DNA of 64,000 nucleotides from an uncultured Verrucomicrobiae bacterium. GTDB lineage: Bacteria > Verrucomicrobiota > Verrucomicrobiia > Chthoniobacterales > JAFAMB01. Below are positions 40,600-50,390 of this stretch, piece by piece. Position numbers and translations under genes: made by a program. The number at the start of each line of letters is the position of its first letter. Within the stretch, counting starts at the first letter, position 1. A model generated the notes under the pieces. That model was not told where the DNA came from. It saw only the letters and a list, made by a program, of their open reading frames with translations, and made no database searches. The stretch covers positions 704,001 to 768,000 of the forward strand of contig CAVXLD010000001.1 in NCBI GenBank assembly GCA_963762565.1, read 5' to 3'.

Positions 40600-40932
40600 T
40601 GGATCATCGAAGATGACTATGATAGCGAATATCGTTTTGGAGTTCGTCCCATAGCGGCTATCCAGGGACTTGATACCCACGAGCGGGTAATTTACGTCGG
40701 AACGTTCAGCAAAATCCTATTCCCCTCACTGCGGATCGGATACCTGATTATCCCTAAGGATCTAGTTCCGGTCTTTGCACAAGTGCGCAGATTCTCTGAT
40801 ATTTTTCCGGCTACCCCTCTTCAGGCGGTGCTAGCCGACTTTCTCCGAGAAGGCCATCTTGCCCTGCACATCCGGCGGATGCGCAGGTTGTACCTCGAAC
40901 GGCATGACACACTGGTATCAGAAATTCGCACT
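40600..40932 (+). pseudogene. Internal fragment of a third MocR-family gene
   Basis: WIIEDDYDSEYRFG...VIYVGTFSKILFPSLRIGY...HIRRMRRLYLERH; lacks both N- and C-termini. Confidence 0.85.
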
Positions 40933-41108
40933 AGGGGCTATTCTCCGAAACTGTCGGCATCAATAAAGGAGCTAGGAGCTAGAATCTAGCAGCCAGGAGG
41001 GGCGTTTCGTGGGCCCCAATCGTCGTTCTCGTTCTTCGCAAGGCTACGCTTGATCGTGGCACACGGTCATCTACGGTGTTGCCGGGCTATCTTTGCTTTG
41101 AAGAACGT

Positions 41109-44100
41109 ATGAACTTGTCGTTGCTTCCCAAATTGGTGTTTCCCATTGTCGTGGTCATTACTGGTTCGTTCGCGCCAGTCTCAGAGGCGCTGGACAAATC
41201 AGTTGCCGACGAAAAGTCGTATCCGCAGAACGATCAGAGCCTGTATTCCAGTCTTAAGTGGCGATTGGTCGGTCCCTTCAGGGGAGGTCGGGCGTTGGCG
41301 GTAACCGGCGTTGCCGGCGAGCCTAACCTCTTTTATTTCGGAGCGGTCGCCGGTGGTATTTGGAAGACAGTGGATGGCGGCCAAAACTGGGCGCCCCTTT
41401 TTCAAAATGAGCCAGTCTCATCGATTGGCGCTTTGGCGGTCGCACCCGCGGATCATAACGTGATTTATGCCGGCACGGGCGAGGCGGCGATTCGGGGAGA
41501 TATTACTTTTGGAGATGGCATCTACAAATCGGTCGATGCCGGTAAACACTGGAAGAATGTCGGGTTAACCGATAGTCAGTACATTGGAGCGTTGGTGGTT
41601 CATCCTACGAATCCCGACATCGTGTTTGTCGCCGCTTTGGGACATGCTTTCGGCCCCAATTCGCAGCGTGGCATCTTCAAGACAGCCGACGGAGGACGCA
41701 CCTGGCGAAATGTTTTGTTCAAGGACGACAATACCGGTGGGATCGACGTCGTCTTCGATCCACATAACTCGAACATCCTTTTTGCCGCCCTCTGGCAGGC
41801 GCGCCGGCAACCCTGGTATTTCTCTAGTGGCGGACCCGGAAGCGGATTATACCGATCGATCGATGGCGGCGATAGCTGGCAACGCCTCGAAGGAAACGGG
41901 CTGCCGGACGGGATTCTGGGAAGGATTGGAGTTTCCGTGTCGGGGGCCGATTCGAATCGGATTTATGCGTTAATTGAAGCCCAAGCGGGGGGCCTTTATC
42001 GCTCGGACGATGGCGGGGATCATTGGAGCCGAGTCAATGAAGATGGCCGTTTTCGGCAACGCGCTTGGTATTTTAGTAAAATTTACGCTGACCCTAGATC
42101 AGTCGACACCGTCTACGTGCTCAACACTGGTTTATATCGCTCCGAGGATGGCGGGCGCACGTTTACCTTATTGCCTGCACCGCATGGCGATCACCATGGC
42201 CTGTGGATCGATCCGGAGAATCCCCAACGGCTTATTAATGCGAATGACGGTGGAGCTACCGTTTCCACTGACGGAGGTAAGACCTGGACTACCCTCCATA
42301 ATCAACCGACGGCCCAGTTCTATCATGTTGCTACGGATAACGCTTTCCCTTACCGCATCTACGGAGCACAACAGGACAATTCAAATATCGCGATCGCGAG
42401 CGCCGGCAGTGAAGGCGTTATTGGGCGCGAGGACTGGTATCCTGCCGGCGGCGGTGAATGCGGCTTCGTCGTCCCCGATCCACGTGATCCCAATATCATC
42501 TACTCTAACAATGAGGGCTACATCACTCGATACGACAAGCGGACCGGCCAGTCTCAGGACGTGTCTGTTTGGCCGGTAGATGTTTCCGGTCATGGCGCCA
42601 GCGACCTAAAGCACCGATTCCAATGGGTTTCACCATTGTTCATCTCGCCGCACAATTCTGATACTCTCTATACCTCTGCGGAGTGTGTGTTTAAGTCCAC
42701 GGACGGAGGTAAGACCTGGCAGGCGATTAGCCCCGACCTTACCCGCAACGATCGGAGTAAACAACAACCCAGCGGCGGTCCAATCACCCGGGACATTACT
42801 AGTGTCGAGTACTACGATACGATTTTTGCGTTGGCCGAATCGCCAAAACAAAAGGGCCTACTGTGGGCGGGAACCGATGACGGACTAATTCACCTCACGA
42901 CAGATGACGGCAAGACCTGGAATGATGTGACGCCTCCGGAGCTTCCGGAATGGAGCACCGTCAGTTTAATCGAGCCTTCACCGCACGACGCCGGCACTGC
43001 TTACGTGGCGGTGGATCGGCATCGACTCGATGACTTGCGACCGTTGATCCTGGCAACCCATGACTATGGTAAGACGTGGAGTGTAATCGTCTCCGGGATC
43101 TCCAACACTGCTTATGTTCACGCGGTACGCGAGGATCCGATTCGTCCCGGACTGCTTTATGCCGGAACTGAAACCGGTGTCTATTTCTCGCTGGATGACG
43201 GCAATCATTGGCAATCGCTGCAGTTAAATCTGCCGACTTCCCCGATCCACGATCTGGTGGTAAAAGACAACGACTTGGTGGTAGCGACACATGGGCGTTC
43301 GTTTTGGGTGCTTGATGACCTCACCCCGCTACGGCAACTGGATCCCAAATCAACAGCCGCGATGGTTCTATACCAACCCGAACCCGCGGTTCGTCTACAC
43401 TATCCGGACGAAATCGGCAGACACGAACCTGCCGGCGACAACCCGCCTAGTGGGGCGATAATCGACTATTATCTCAAACAGAAACCAACCGACGAAGTGA
43501 TTCTGGAGATCTGGGATAAGAACAATAATCTGGTGCGCCGCATCTCCAGTCGAGCAGAACCAGAGGCAGAGGCCGAACAGCCCGAAGAATGGCCGGACCG
43601 AGTGCCTGAAGCCAAGACTATTCCGGCTGAGGCTGGAATGAACCGTTACGTTTGGAACTTGCGTTATCAAGATCCGGAGCAAATTCCGGGAGCATTTTAC
43701 TCGGACGATGGACCGAGAGGTCCAGTAGTTGCCCCTGGCGATTATCAGGTGCGACTGACGCTGGGCGCGATACGGCAAACGGCCGTCTTGCACGTCATCG
43801 CTGATCCACGACAAGCCGTTCCGGAAGACGCCTTCACAAAACAGCTCGCCCTTCAGCTGGAGGTGCGCGATCGCGTTTCGCAGCTACACCGAACAGTAAA
43901 CGAAATCCGCGACCTCAAGTCACAAATCGACAGTTTGCACCACCGATTCGCCAACAACCAAGAAATGCATCAGGCGTTAGGTGTAACCAAAAATCTGAAG
44001 GAAAAAATCTCAGGGGTCGAAGAACAGCTCATTCAAGTGAATATGAAAGGGTCAGAAGCGAATTTGGCTTTCCCTAATATGCTGAACGAAGAGTTTGATA

Positions 44101-44315
44101 CGTTCAGTCATACTATTGACCAGGCCGATGCTGAGCCAACTGCAGCCGAGTATAACGTCTTTCGAATGTTGAGCGACAAACTAGACGGACAGTTAGCAAC
44201 CTGGGCCAATATTCAAAAAAACGACCTGCCAACTGTAAATAACCTGGTGCTAGCAAGTCACATCCCCGTACTCACTGTGCAAGACGGGGAAAGTGAAAAA
44301 GCCGGCGGGAAGTGA
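41109..44315 (+). CDS. Secreted VPS10/BNR-repeat beta-propeller protein (glycosyl hydrolase-like)
   Basis: WRLVGPFRGGR, many SxDGGxxW Asp-box repeats, PHGDHHGLWIDP, VATHGRSFW. Confidence 0.9.
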   Translation: MNLSLLPKLVFPIVVVITGSFAPVSEALDKSVADEKSYPQNDQSLYSSLKWRLVGPFRGGRALAVTGVAGEPNLFYFGAVAGGIWKTVDGGQNWAPLFQNEPVSSIGALAVAPADHNVIYAGTGEAAIRGDITFGDGIYKSVDAGKHWKNVGLTDSQYIGALVVHPTNPDIVFVAALGHAFGPNSQRGIFKTADGGRTWRNVLFKDDNTGGIDVVFDPHNSNILFAALWQARRQPWYFSSGGPGSGLYRSIDGGDSWQRLEGNGLPDGILGRIGVSVSGADSNRIYALIEAQAGGLYRSDDGGDHWSRVNEDGRFRQRAWYFSKIYADPRSVDTVYVLNTGLYRSEDGGRTFTLLPAPHGDHHGLWIDPENPQRLINANDGGATVSTDGGKTWTTLHNQPTAQFYHVATDNAFPYRIYGAQQDNSNIAIASAGSEGVIGREDWYPAGGGECGFVVPDPRDPNIIYSNNEGYITRYDKRTGQSQDVSVWPVDVSGHGASDLKHRFQWVSPLFISPHNSDTLYTSAECVFKSTDGGKTWQAISPDLTRNDRSKQQPSGGPITRDITSVEYYDTIFALAESPKQKGLLWAGTDDGLIHLTTDDGKTWNDVTPPELPEWSTVSLIEPSPHDAGTAYVAVDRHRLDDLRPLILATHDYGKTWSVIVSGISNTAYVHAVREDPIRPGLLYAGTETGVYFSLDDGNHWQSLQLNLPTSPIHDLVVKDNDLVVATHGRSFWVLDDLTPLRQLDPKSTAAMVLYQPEPAVRLHYPDEIGRHEPAGDNPPSGAIIDYYLKQKPTDEVILEIWDKNNNLVRRISSRAEPEAEAEQPEEWPDRVPEAKTIPAEAGMNRYVWNLRYQDPEQIPGAFYSDDGPRGPVVAPGDYQVRLTLGAIRQTAVLHVIADPRQAVPEDAFTKQLALQLEVRDRVSQLHRTVNEIRDLKSQIDSLHHRFANNQEMHQALGVTKNLKEKISGVEEQLIQVNMKGSEANLAFPNMLNEEFDTFSHTIDQADAEPTAAEYNVFRMLSDKLDGQLATWANIQKNDLPTVNNLVLASHIPVLTVQDGESEKAGGK

Positions 44316-44398
44316 GGTGGTGGTAAATGCTGGGGAGCCGTCAGCGGCTCGGCCAGAGGATGCAGGTGAAAGCTTATTGGAAGAATGGGACAACTCCG

Positions 44399-44974
44399 AT
44401 GCCGATAATCCCTTCATTTTTGACCCACTACTACGAAGAGGAAAGAGGGCCCTTTAGAAATGTCTGCGATCTTTCCGATCAAGAGCTAGATCGCCTTATT
44501 TCTGCGGAGCAAGACGCGCACACCGCTTTCAACCGTTTCGCTTTAGGAAAGGATTTCTTCAAAGTCAGGAAAGCGGCTGACGATTTACTGATTGAAAAGT
44601 ACGCTGAGAAATTTGGGCTTAGGCCCCGAAACCGCCCTTTCTACGGAGTGTTGGGCGAGTTTGATCGGACTCTGTCAATGTATCGTAACGGTCGAAGAAT
44701 CCGGCTTGAGATTTCTCAATTTTCCCGAAAACAGCTAACATTCATGTATCCGGACCACTTTGTTCTGGTCTGGAGCCGAGGATTGTTTCCGCCGCTGCCG
44801 GCATTGTTTGGCCCGTACGCCTATTCATACGAACCTTTTCATGACTGTTTGTTTACCTACGACGAGCTGCCGGAGGCTATTCTTACTTATTCTCTCGATG
44901 CTCGGATTGCTAATGCCAGGCAACAGGACTTATGGGTGTCTTCTTATATCGAGGCGCATATCTGGCAGGGATAA
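44399..44974 (+). CDS. Hypothetical protein
   Basis: Open frame with LTHYY...PFYGVLG...TFMYPD...YIEAHIW; start uncertain (44327/44360/44399). Confidence 0.65.
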   Translation: MPIIPSFLTHYYEEERGPFRNVCDLSDQELDRLISAEQDAHTAFNRFALGKDFFKVRKAADDLLIEKYAEKFGLRPRNRPFYGVLGEFDRTLSMYRNGRRIRLEISQFSRKQLTFMYPDHFVLVWSRGLFPPLPALFGPYAYSYEPFHDCLFTYDELPEAILTYSLDARIANARQQDLWVSSYIEAHIWQG

Positions 44975-45023
44975 GGCACGCGTTGGGCAGCGCCGAGAGT
45001 CTAATAGACGGGAGGCGACATCA

Positions 45024-45102
45024 GCGGACGTAGTGGACTAAGTGGTTGTTTGCAGCTTGTCCACTAGGTCCACTGTGTCCACTCCGGTCCACTCCGTCCA
45101 CT
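45024..45102. repeat. Palindrome with GTGGAC/GTCCAC 9-mer arms
   Basis: GCGGACGTAGTGGACTAAGTGG / GTCCACTAGGTCCACTGTGTCCACTCCGGTCCACTCCGTCCACT. Confidence 0.75.
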
Positions 45103-45127
45103 AACCGTGTCCCCCTTCGCCCCGGTA

Positions 45128-46636
45128 TCAGTCCGGAATCAGATGCAGCTTCTGCAGCTCTTGTTTGCTCGGCAGCTGCGAACTATCCCAACCACCACCC
45201 AGAGCTTGGACTAAAGCGACGCTCGCGATCAGGCGTTGTTCCTGGACCTGAAGCGCAGTCTCCTGATCCGTCAGGAGTGTTACCTGAGCGGTGATCACTG
45301 TCGTGTAGGCAATAGTCCCGGCTTGATACTCATTCAATGAGATCTGGACCGCCTGCTGCGCTTTCTGCACAGCATCTCGTTCTACGCCGATCTGCTGTCC
45401 CAATACCCGCAAAGCGACCAATTCATCTTCGACATTTTGGAAGGCGGCAAGAACGGTCTCTCGATAGTTAGCCACACTTTGGTCATACGCTGCCCGAGCC
45501 GCAGCGACCGCGGCGGAACGCTGCCCACCGGTGAGCACGCTTTGACTCGCACTGGCCATGAGTGTCCAAACCTCGCTCGAGGCAGAGAACAAAGCCGCGC
45601 CTGGGTTACCCGCATATCCAAATACAGCCGACAGGTCAAAGGTAGGAAAATAGGCAGCGACCTGTACTCCAATCAGCGCATTCTCTGACTTCATTTGACG
45701 TTCGGCCTCGGCAATATCCGGTCTTCGCTCAAGCAAAATCGAAGGAACACGTGTAGGCACAATCGGAACCCGCTCCGCCAATGAACCCGCCGGAATCGAC
45801 ACCTCGGCTGGCGGTTTTCCGATCAGCAGAGCAATAGCATGTTCGTCTTGGCCGCGTTGGACTCCGACATTAACCAATGCCGCTTGAGCGGCCAGAAGCT
45901 GGGCCTGAGCATTAATCACATCGGACTTCGCGGCTGTGCCCACCGCATACTGGTTTTCGGTTATCTTCAGTGAACGCTCGTAGCCGGCAACAGTATCGGC
46001 CAGCAATTGCTTAAGAGCGTCAGCGTAGCGCAACTCAAAGTAGTCGGTAGCAAGTGTGGCTTGAGCAGACAGCTTAGCTGCTGCCAATTCCGCTGCGCTT
46101 ACTTGGGCGCTCGCCACGCTGCTTTCAACGGTCCGGCGAATCTTACCCCATACGTCTGGTTCCCACGTCGCCGTGCCTTCTAAAGAATAAGAGGTAACGG
46201 CCCCGCTATTGAATCCGTTCGAGCCTCCGGATTTCTGCCGTTCAACTTGAGGTGACACGCTCACGGAAGGGAAAAAACTGGACTGCTGTTCATGCACCGT
46301 GGCCTGCGCTTCCTGATACGCGGCTTCCGCTGCCTTAACATTCTGGTTTGAGATATTAACCTGGCTTTCGAGCGCTTCGAGCGTTGGGTCCCGGTAAATC
46401 GACCACCAGGCGCCCCGGTTCATTGTGTCATTAGGCGTGGCTACTTTCCAGCCCTGGTACTCCTTATATGTGCTTGGGACGGGGGCTGAAAGGCGATGAT
46501 AATTTGGGCCGACCGAGCATGATAACATTGCAATGGAGAACGCGGCGAGGAACACCTGACGAAACGGCGAAAGGGCGAAAGGGCGAAACGGCGAAACAGC
46601 CCGTTGTGGGTAGGGATTGCGTAGATGATCCATCAA
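45128..46636 (-). CDS. RND outer-membrane factor lipoprotein (NodT/OprM family)
   Basis: Lipobox MLSC-SVGPNY, WEPDVWGKIRR, LLERRPDIAEAE, LVQALGGGW; start uncertain. Confidence 0.92.
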   Translation of the reverse strand: MMDHLRNPYPQRAVSPFRPFALSPFRQVFLAAFSIAMLSCSVGPNYHRLSAPVPSTYKEYQGWKVATPNDTMNRGAWWSIYRDPTLEALESQVNISNQNVKAAEAAYQEAQATVHEQQSSFFPSVSVSPQVERQKSGGSNGFNSGAVTSYSLEGTATWEPDVWGKIRRTVESSVASAQVSAAELAAAKLSAQATLATDYFELRYADALKQLLADTVAGYERSLKITENQYAVGTAAKSDVINAQAQLLAAQAALVNVGVQRGQDEHAIALLIGKPPAEVSIPAGSLAERVPIVPTRVPSILLERRPDIAEAERQMKSENALIGVQVAAYFPTFDLSAVFGYAGNPGAALFSASSEVWTLMASASQSVLTGGQRSAAVAAARAAYDQSVANYRETVLAAFQNVEDELVALRVLGQQIGVERDAVQKAQQAVQISLNEYQAGTIAYTTVITAQVTLLTDQETALQVQEQRLIASVALVQALGGGWDSSQLPSKQELQKLHLIPD

Positions 46637-46772
46637 TGTAGTCGTTTAAATTCGGAGCTCAAAATGCTCCTTCGGAGCCGATTCTGGGTTTTCAAGCCTC
46701 GTGACGACCCGAGCTGTCGCCCAAAATAATCGCCGTTTCGCCCATTCGCCCTGTCGCCGTTTCGTCGTCTCG
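46558..46772. repeat. GGCGAAA(G/C) 8-mer inverted arms across the mdtC/OMF junction
   Basis: GACGAAACGGCGAAAGGGCGAAAGGGCGAAACGGCGAAAC / TCGCCGTTTCGCCCATTCGCCCTGTCGCCGTTTCGTC. Confidence 0.8.
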
Positions 46773-46775
46773 CCA

Positions 46776-49700
46776 TCACGCTAACCGCCGCCGGCTTGCC
46801 GGGTGCCTCAATTTTTCGAACCAGAGACTTAAGCGGTCGAGGTAGAGATAAATCACCGGCGTCGTATAAAGTGTCAGGATCTGGCTAATAACCAAACCAC
46901 CAATGATTGATACCCCTAAAGGCCGTCGGAGCTCCGAGCCGTAGCCGCTCGCGATCACTAGCGGAAACGCGCCCAGGATCGCAGCGAAAGTTGTCATCAT
47001 GATGGGACGAAATCGCACCAGACTCGCTTTGAAGATCGCATCGTGCGAGCTGAGAAGTTCTTCCCGTTCGGCCTGAAGCGCAAAATCAACCATCAATATT
47101 GCGTTCTTTTTAACGATCCCGATTAACAAGATCATGCCCAGCATCGCAATGATGCTGAACTCCATATTGAATAGGATCAAGGCGATCAACGCTCCTAACG
47201 TTGCTGACGGCAGCGTTGAGAGAATCGTAATCGGATGGATGTAACTCTCATAAAGAACGCCGAGAATTACATAAACTGCGGCTAACGCCGCCAGGATGAG
47301 AATCGGTTCGTCTTTAAGAGAAGACTGGAACGCGTTGGCAGTCCCAGCAAAGGTTCCGTGAATAGAGACAGGCATATGAATCTGGCCAATCGTCTCCTGA
47401 ATCGCGGCTACGGCATCGCTCAGGGAATAACCAGGGGCCAGATTGAATGAGATCGTCGACGCCACAAAAAGGCTCTGATGGTTCACTGAAAGAGGTGCAT
47501 GATCGAACTCATAATGACTAAACGCCGCCAGCAGGACCATTGGTTCTACCTCAGTCGTTACAGCAGCCCCACTGGAAGCGCTGGATTTTCCCGCTACCGC
47601 CAATGCATTCGTTGCCTGATTCACCGCCGAGCTGGTGCTGCGTGAGGTGCTGGCGCCATTGTTAGAGCTGGTAGCAGAGTTCGTCCCACTGGAGAAGGTG
47701 CCTGTTACTGCGTTAGTTGACTCGGTGCCGGCAGCAGTTTGACCCTGCGTACTAACATAGAGTTTTTTTAACGTATCAGGATCCTGCCAATACTGCGGTG
47801 CTACCTCCATAACCACGGAATACTGGTTCATGGCATTATAAATGGTAGAAACCTGGCGCTCCCCAAACGCGTCGTACAACGTGTTATCGACGGTGCTGGG
47901 AAACAATCCGAAGCGTCGCATGGTCAGCCGATCAATCTTCAAATCGGCTTGTAATCCGTTTTGTTGTTGATCGGAATTGAGATCGGTTAATTCGGGACGC
48001 TCTCTGAGCGCGGCGAGCAGCTTGGGGCCCCAGGCCAGTAGTTCACTCGTGTCATCGGCTTGCAGGGTATACTGATATTCTGACAGGCTTATCCGGCCGC
48101 CGACGCGAATATCTTGCATTGGGAAGAGAAAAAGGCGGGCGCCTGAAACCTGAACCAGTTTCGCGCGCAGGCGAGCTGCGACAATCCCAACTGAATCTCG
48201 CTCTGACAGCGATTTCAAGGTCACCCACACATTGCCAGAATTCGTTTGGCGCCCTCCGGTATTGGCCACCACACTCTCAACTGCCGGATCGTGTTGCACG
48301 ATGTCCTGAATTTGTTCCATCTTCTTCTTCATAAGCTGGAACGAAATCGCTGAGTCCGCCTGAATCCCTCCAAGCAAAGTTCCGGAATCCTGTTCCGGGA
48401 AGAAGTTTTTCGGTACGACGTTGAAGAGATAAAAATTCAGCGCGGTACTGCCGATCAGGATCAGCAGAATCAAAAACGAATGTCTTAACGACCAGCGCAA
48501 AGTTCCTTCGTAGAAACGCAACATGTGGTTGAAGCCCGCTTCGCTGACCCGGGATAACCATTTTGTCCACCCTGCTCGGCGGCTCGCCTCCGCAGCACCG
48601 GCGCGACGGGTCCTTCGCAGGAGTTTTGAACACATCATCGGTGTGGCCGTGAGTGAGAGCACGAGCGAGATCATGACGGCAACCGAAAGCGTAATGGTGA
48701 ACTCGCGAAAAAATCGACCGATAATTCCGCCCATCAAAAGGATCGGTAAAAAGACTCCGATTAGTGACAGACTGATAGAGAAAACAGTAAAGGCGACTTC
48801 CTTGGTTCCGATCAAGGCAGCCTGCAAGCGAGACCGGCCCAGTTCAATTTGCCGCGAAATATTTTCGAGAACGACTACGGCATCATCCACCACAAACCCG
48901 GTCGCTATGGTCAACGCCATCAACGAAAGATTGTTTAAGGAATAACCGAGGAGATACATGGCGGAGAACGTCCCGATAATCGAGATCGGCACCATCACGC
49001 CCGGGATTAGCATCGCCCGGAAGTCTCGCAAAAATACCAGCACAACTAAAATGACTAGCACGACCGCAACTACCAGCGTCTGCTCGGTATCCGCCAGGGA
49101 GGTGCGAATCGTCGCGGTTCGATCGCCGGTGATGATCATGTCGGTACCACCAGGCAGCGAACCCTTTAAGAAAGGCAGGATCGCTTTGATGCGGTCCACG
49201 GTCTGGATTACGTTCGCACCGGGTTGCTTATAAACAACTAACGTTACGGCGGGCTTGCCGTTGATCGAGCCGGCATAACGCAAGCTCTGCACGGAGTCGT
49301 TCACCTCCGCAATATCGGATAACAAGGTCGCCCGGCCGCTACGATAGGCCACAACCAAATCCCGATAATCCGCAGCGTGCGTCGCCTGGTCGTTCGTATA
49401 AACTTGAAACTGGTTGTCCCCGACGTCGATCGCACCTTTCGGGCTATTCGCGTTAGCAGCGGCCAAAGCCGCTCGCACATCTTCCAGCCCGATGCCGTAA
49501 TGCGAGAGCGCATTCGGGTTCAATTCTACTCTAACGGCCGGCAGTGAGCTGCCACCCACGTCGACATTTCCTACCCCTTCGATTTGGGATAATTTCTGTT
49601 GGAGTACGGTCGCTGCGGTGTCGTAAAGCTGACCGGCGGTGCGAGTGGCAGAAGTTAAAGCCACTAACAGAATAGGTGCGTCCGATGGATTATATTTTCG

Positions 49701-50087
49701 ATAGGTTGGGTTACTCCTCAAGTTCGAGGGCAAATCCGCGCGAGCTGCATTGATAGCCGCCTCCACGTCTCGAGCCGCGCCATCGATATCCCGATCAAGC
49801 GAGAACTGTAAGATAATCATTGTCTGACCCAGCGAGCTCCGAGACGTCATCTCGGTGACATCGGCAATAAAACCGAGATGGCGCTCGAGCGGCGCTGCCA
49901 CCGTAGCCGCCATCACATCCGGGCTGGCTCCCGACATGGACGCTTGGATCATCAAGGTCGGAAAATCGACCTGCGGCAGAGGCGCCACCGGTAGAAGCAG
50001 AAGAGCGAGGACTCCCGCAAAAGCGACCCCGACTGTGAGCAGGGTTGTGGCGACCGGTCGTCGAATGAAGATCTCGCTGAAGTTCAT
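46776..50087 (-). CDS. mdtC: RND efflux permease MdtC-like
   Basis: [47 protein letters not shown]. Confidence 0.9.
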   Translation of the reverse strand: MNFSEIFIRRPVATTLLTVGVAFAGVLALLLLPVAPLPQVDFPTLMIQASMSGASPDVMAATVAAPLERHLGFIADVTEMTSRSSLGQTMIILQFSLDRDIDGAARDVEAAINAARADLPSNLRSNPTYRKYNPSDAPILLVALTSATRTAGQLYDTAATVLQQKLSQIEGVGNVDVGGSSLPAVRVELNPNALSHYGIGLEDVRAALAAANANSPKGAIDVGDNQFQVYTNDQATHAADYRDLVVAYRSGRATLLSDIAEVNDSVQSLRYAGSINGKPAVTLVVYKQPGANVIQTVDRIKAILPFLKGSLPGGTDMIITGDRTATIRTSLADTEQTLVVAVVLVILVVLVFLRDFRAMLIPGVMVPISIIGTFSAMYLLGYSLNNLSLMALTIATGFVVDDAVVVLENISRQIELGRSRLQAALIGTKEVAFTVFSISLSLIGVFLPILLMGGIIGRFFREFTITLSVAVMISLVLSLTATPMMCSKLLRRTRRAGAAEASRRAGWTKWLSRVSEAGFNHMLRFYEGTLRWSLRHSFLILLILIGSTALNFYLFNVVPKNFFPEQDSGTLLGGIQADSAISFQLMKKKMEQIQDIVQHDPAVESVVANTGGRQTNSGNVWVTLKSLSERDSVGIVAARLRAKLVQVSGARLFLFPMQDIRVGGRISLSEYQYTLQADDTSELLAWGPKLLAALRERPELTDLNSDQQQNGLQADLKIDRLTMRRFGLFPSTVDNTLYDAFGERQVSTIYNAMNQYSVVMEVAPQYWQDPDTLKKLYVSTQGQTAAGTESTNAVTGTFSSGTNSATSSNNGASTSRSTSSAVNQATNALAVAGKSSASSGAAVTTEVEPMVLLAAFSHYEFDHAPLSVNHQSLFVASTISFNLAPGYSLSDAVAAIQETIGQIHMPVSIHGTFAGTANAFQSSLKDEPILILAALAAVYVILGVLYESYIHPITILSTLPSATLGALIALILFNMEFSIIAMLGMILLIGIVKKNAILMVDFALQAEREELLSSHDAIFKASLVRFRPIMMTTFAAILGAFPLVIASGYGSELRRPLGVSIIGGLVISQILTLYTTPVIYLYLDRLSLWFEKLRHPASRRRLA

Positions 50088-50390
50088 CCGCAGATTAAAA
50101 GGCAGAGTTTGTAATCCGCAGATTGACGAAACCCGGAGTTAATATCCGCAGATTTCGCAGATTACGCAGATTACGGTTTGAGGTTGTGCAGTGCGGTCGG
50201 GCAAAGAAACCTGCATTGGCGGGACGAGGGTTCTGATATTCGAGAGGCGTACCGGAGCCCCGGTAGTTCCTGCAAATGTCAAAACGCGCATCCCTCCAAT
50301 ACACCTTCCTTTGTCCTATCGTGGTCCACGACCCCAAACCGAAATCTGCGTAATCTGCGGATATTTCCATCTTCGGTGTAATCTGCGGTT
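50086..50390. repeat. Palindrome with CGCAGATT(A/T) 9-mer arms between mdtB and mdtC
   Basis: ATATCCGCAGATTTCGCAGATTACGCAGATTACGGTTTG / CAAACCGAAATCTGCGTAATCTGCGGATAT. Confidence 0.82.
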
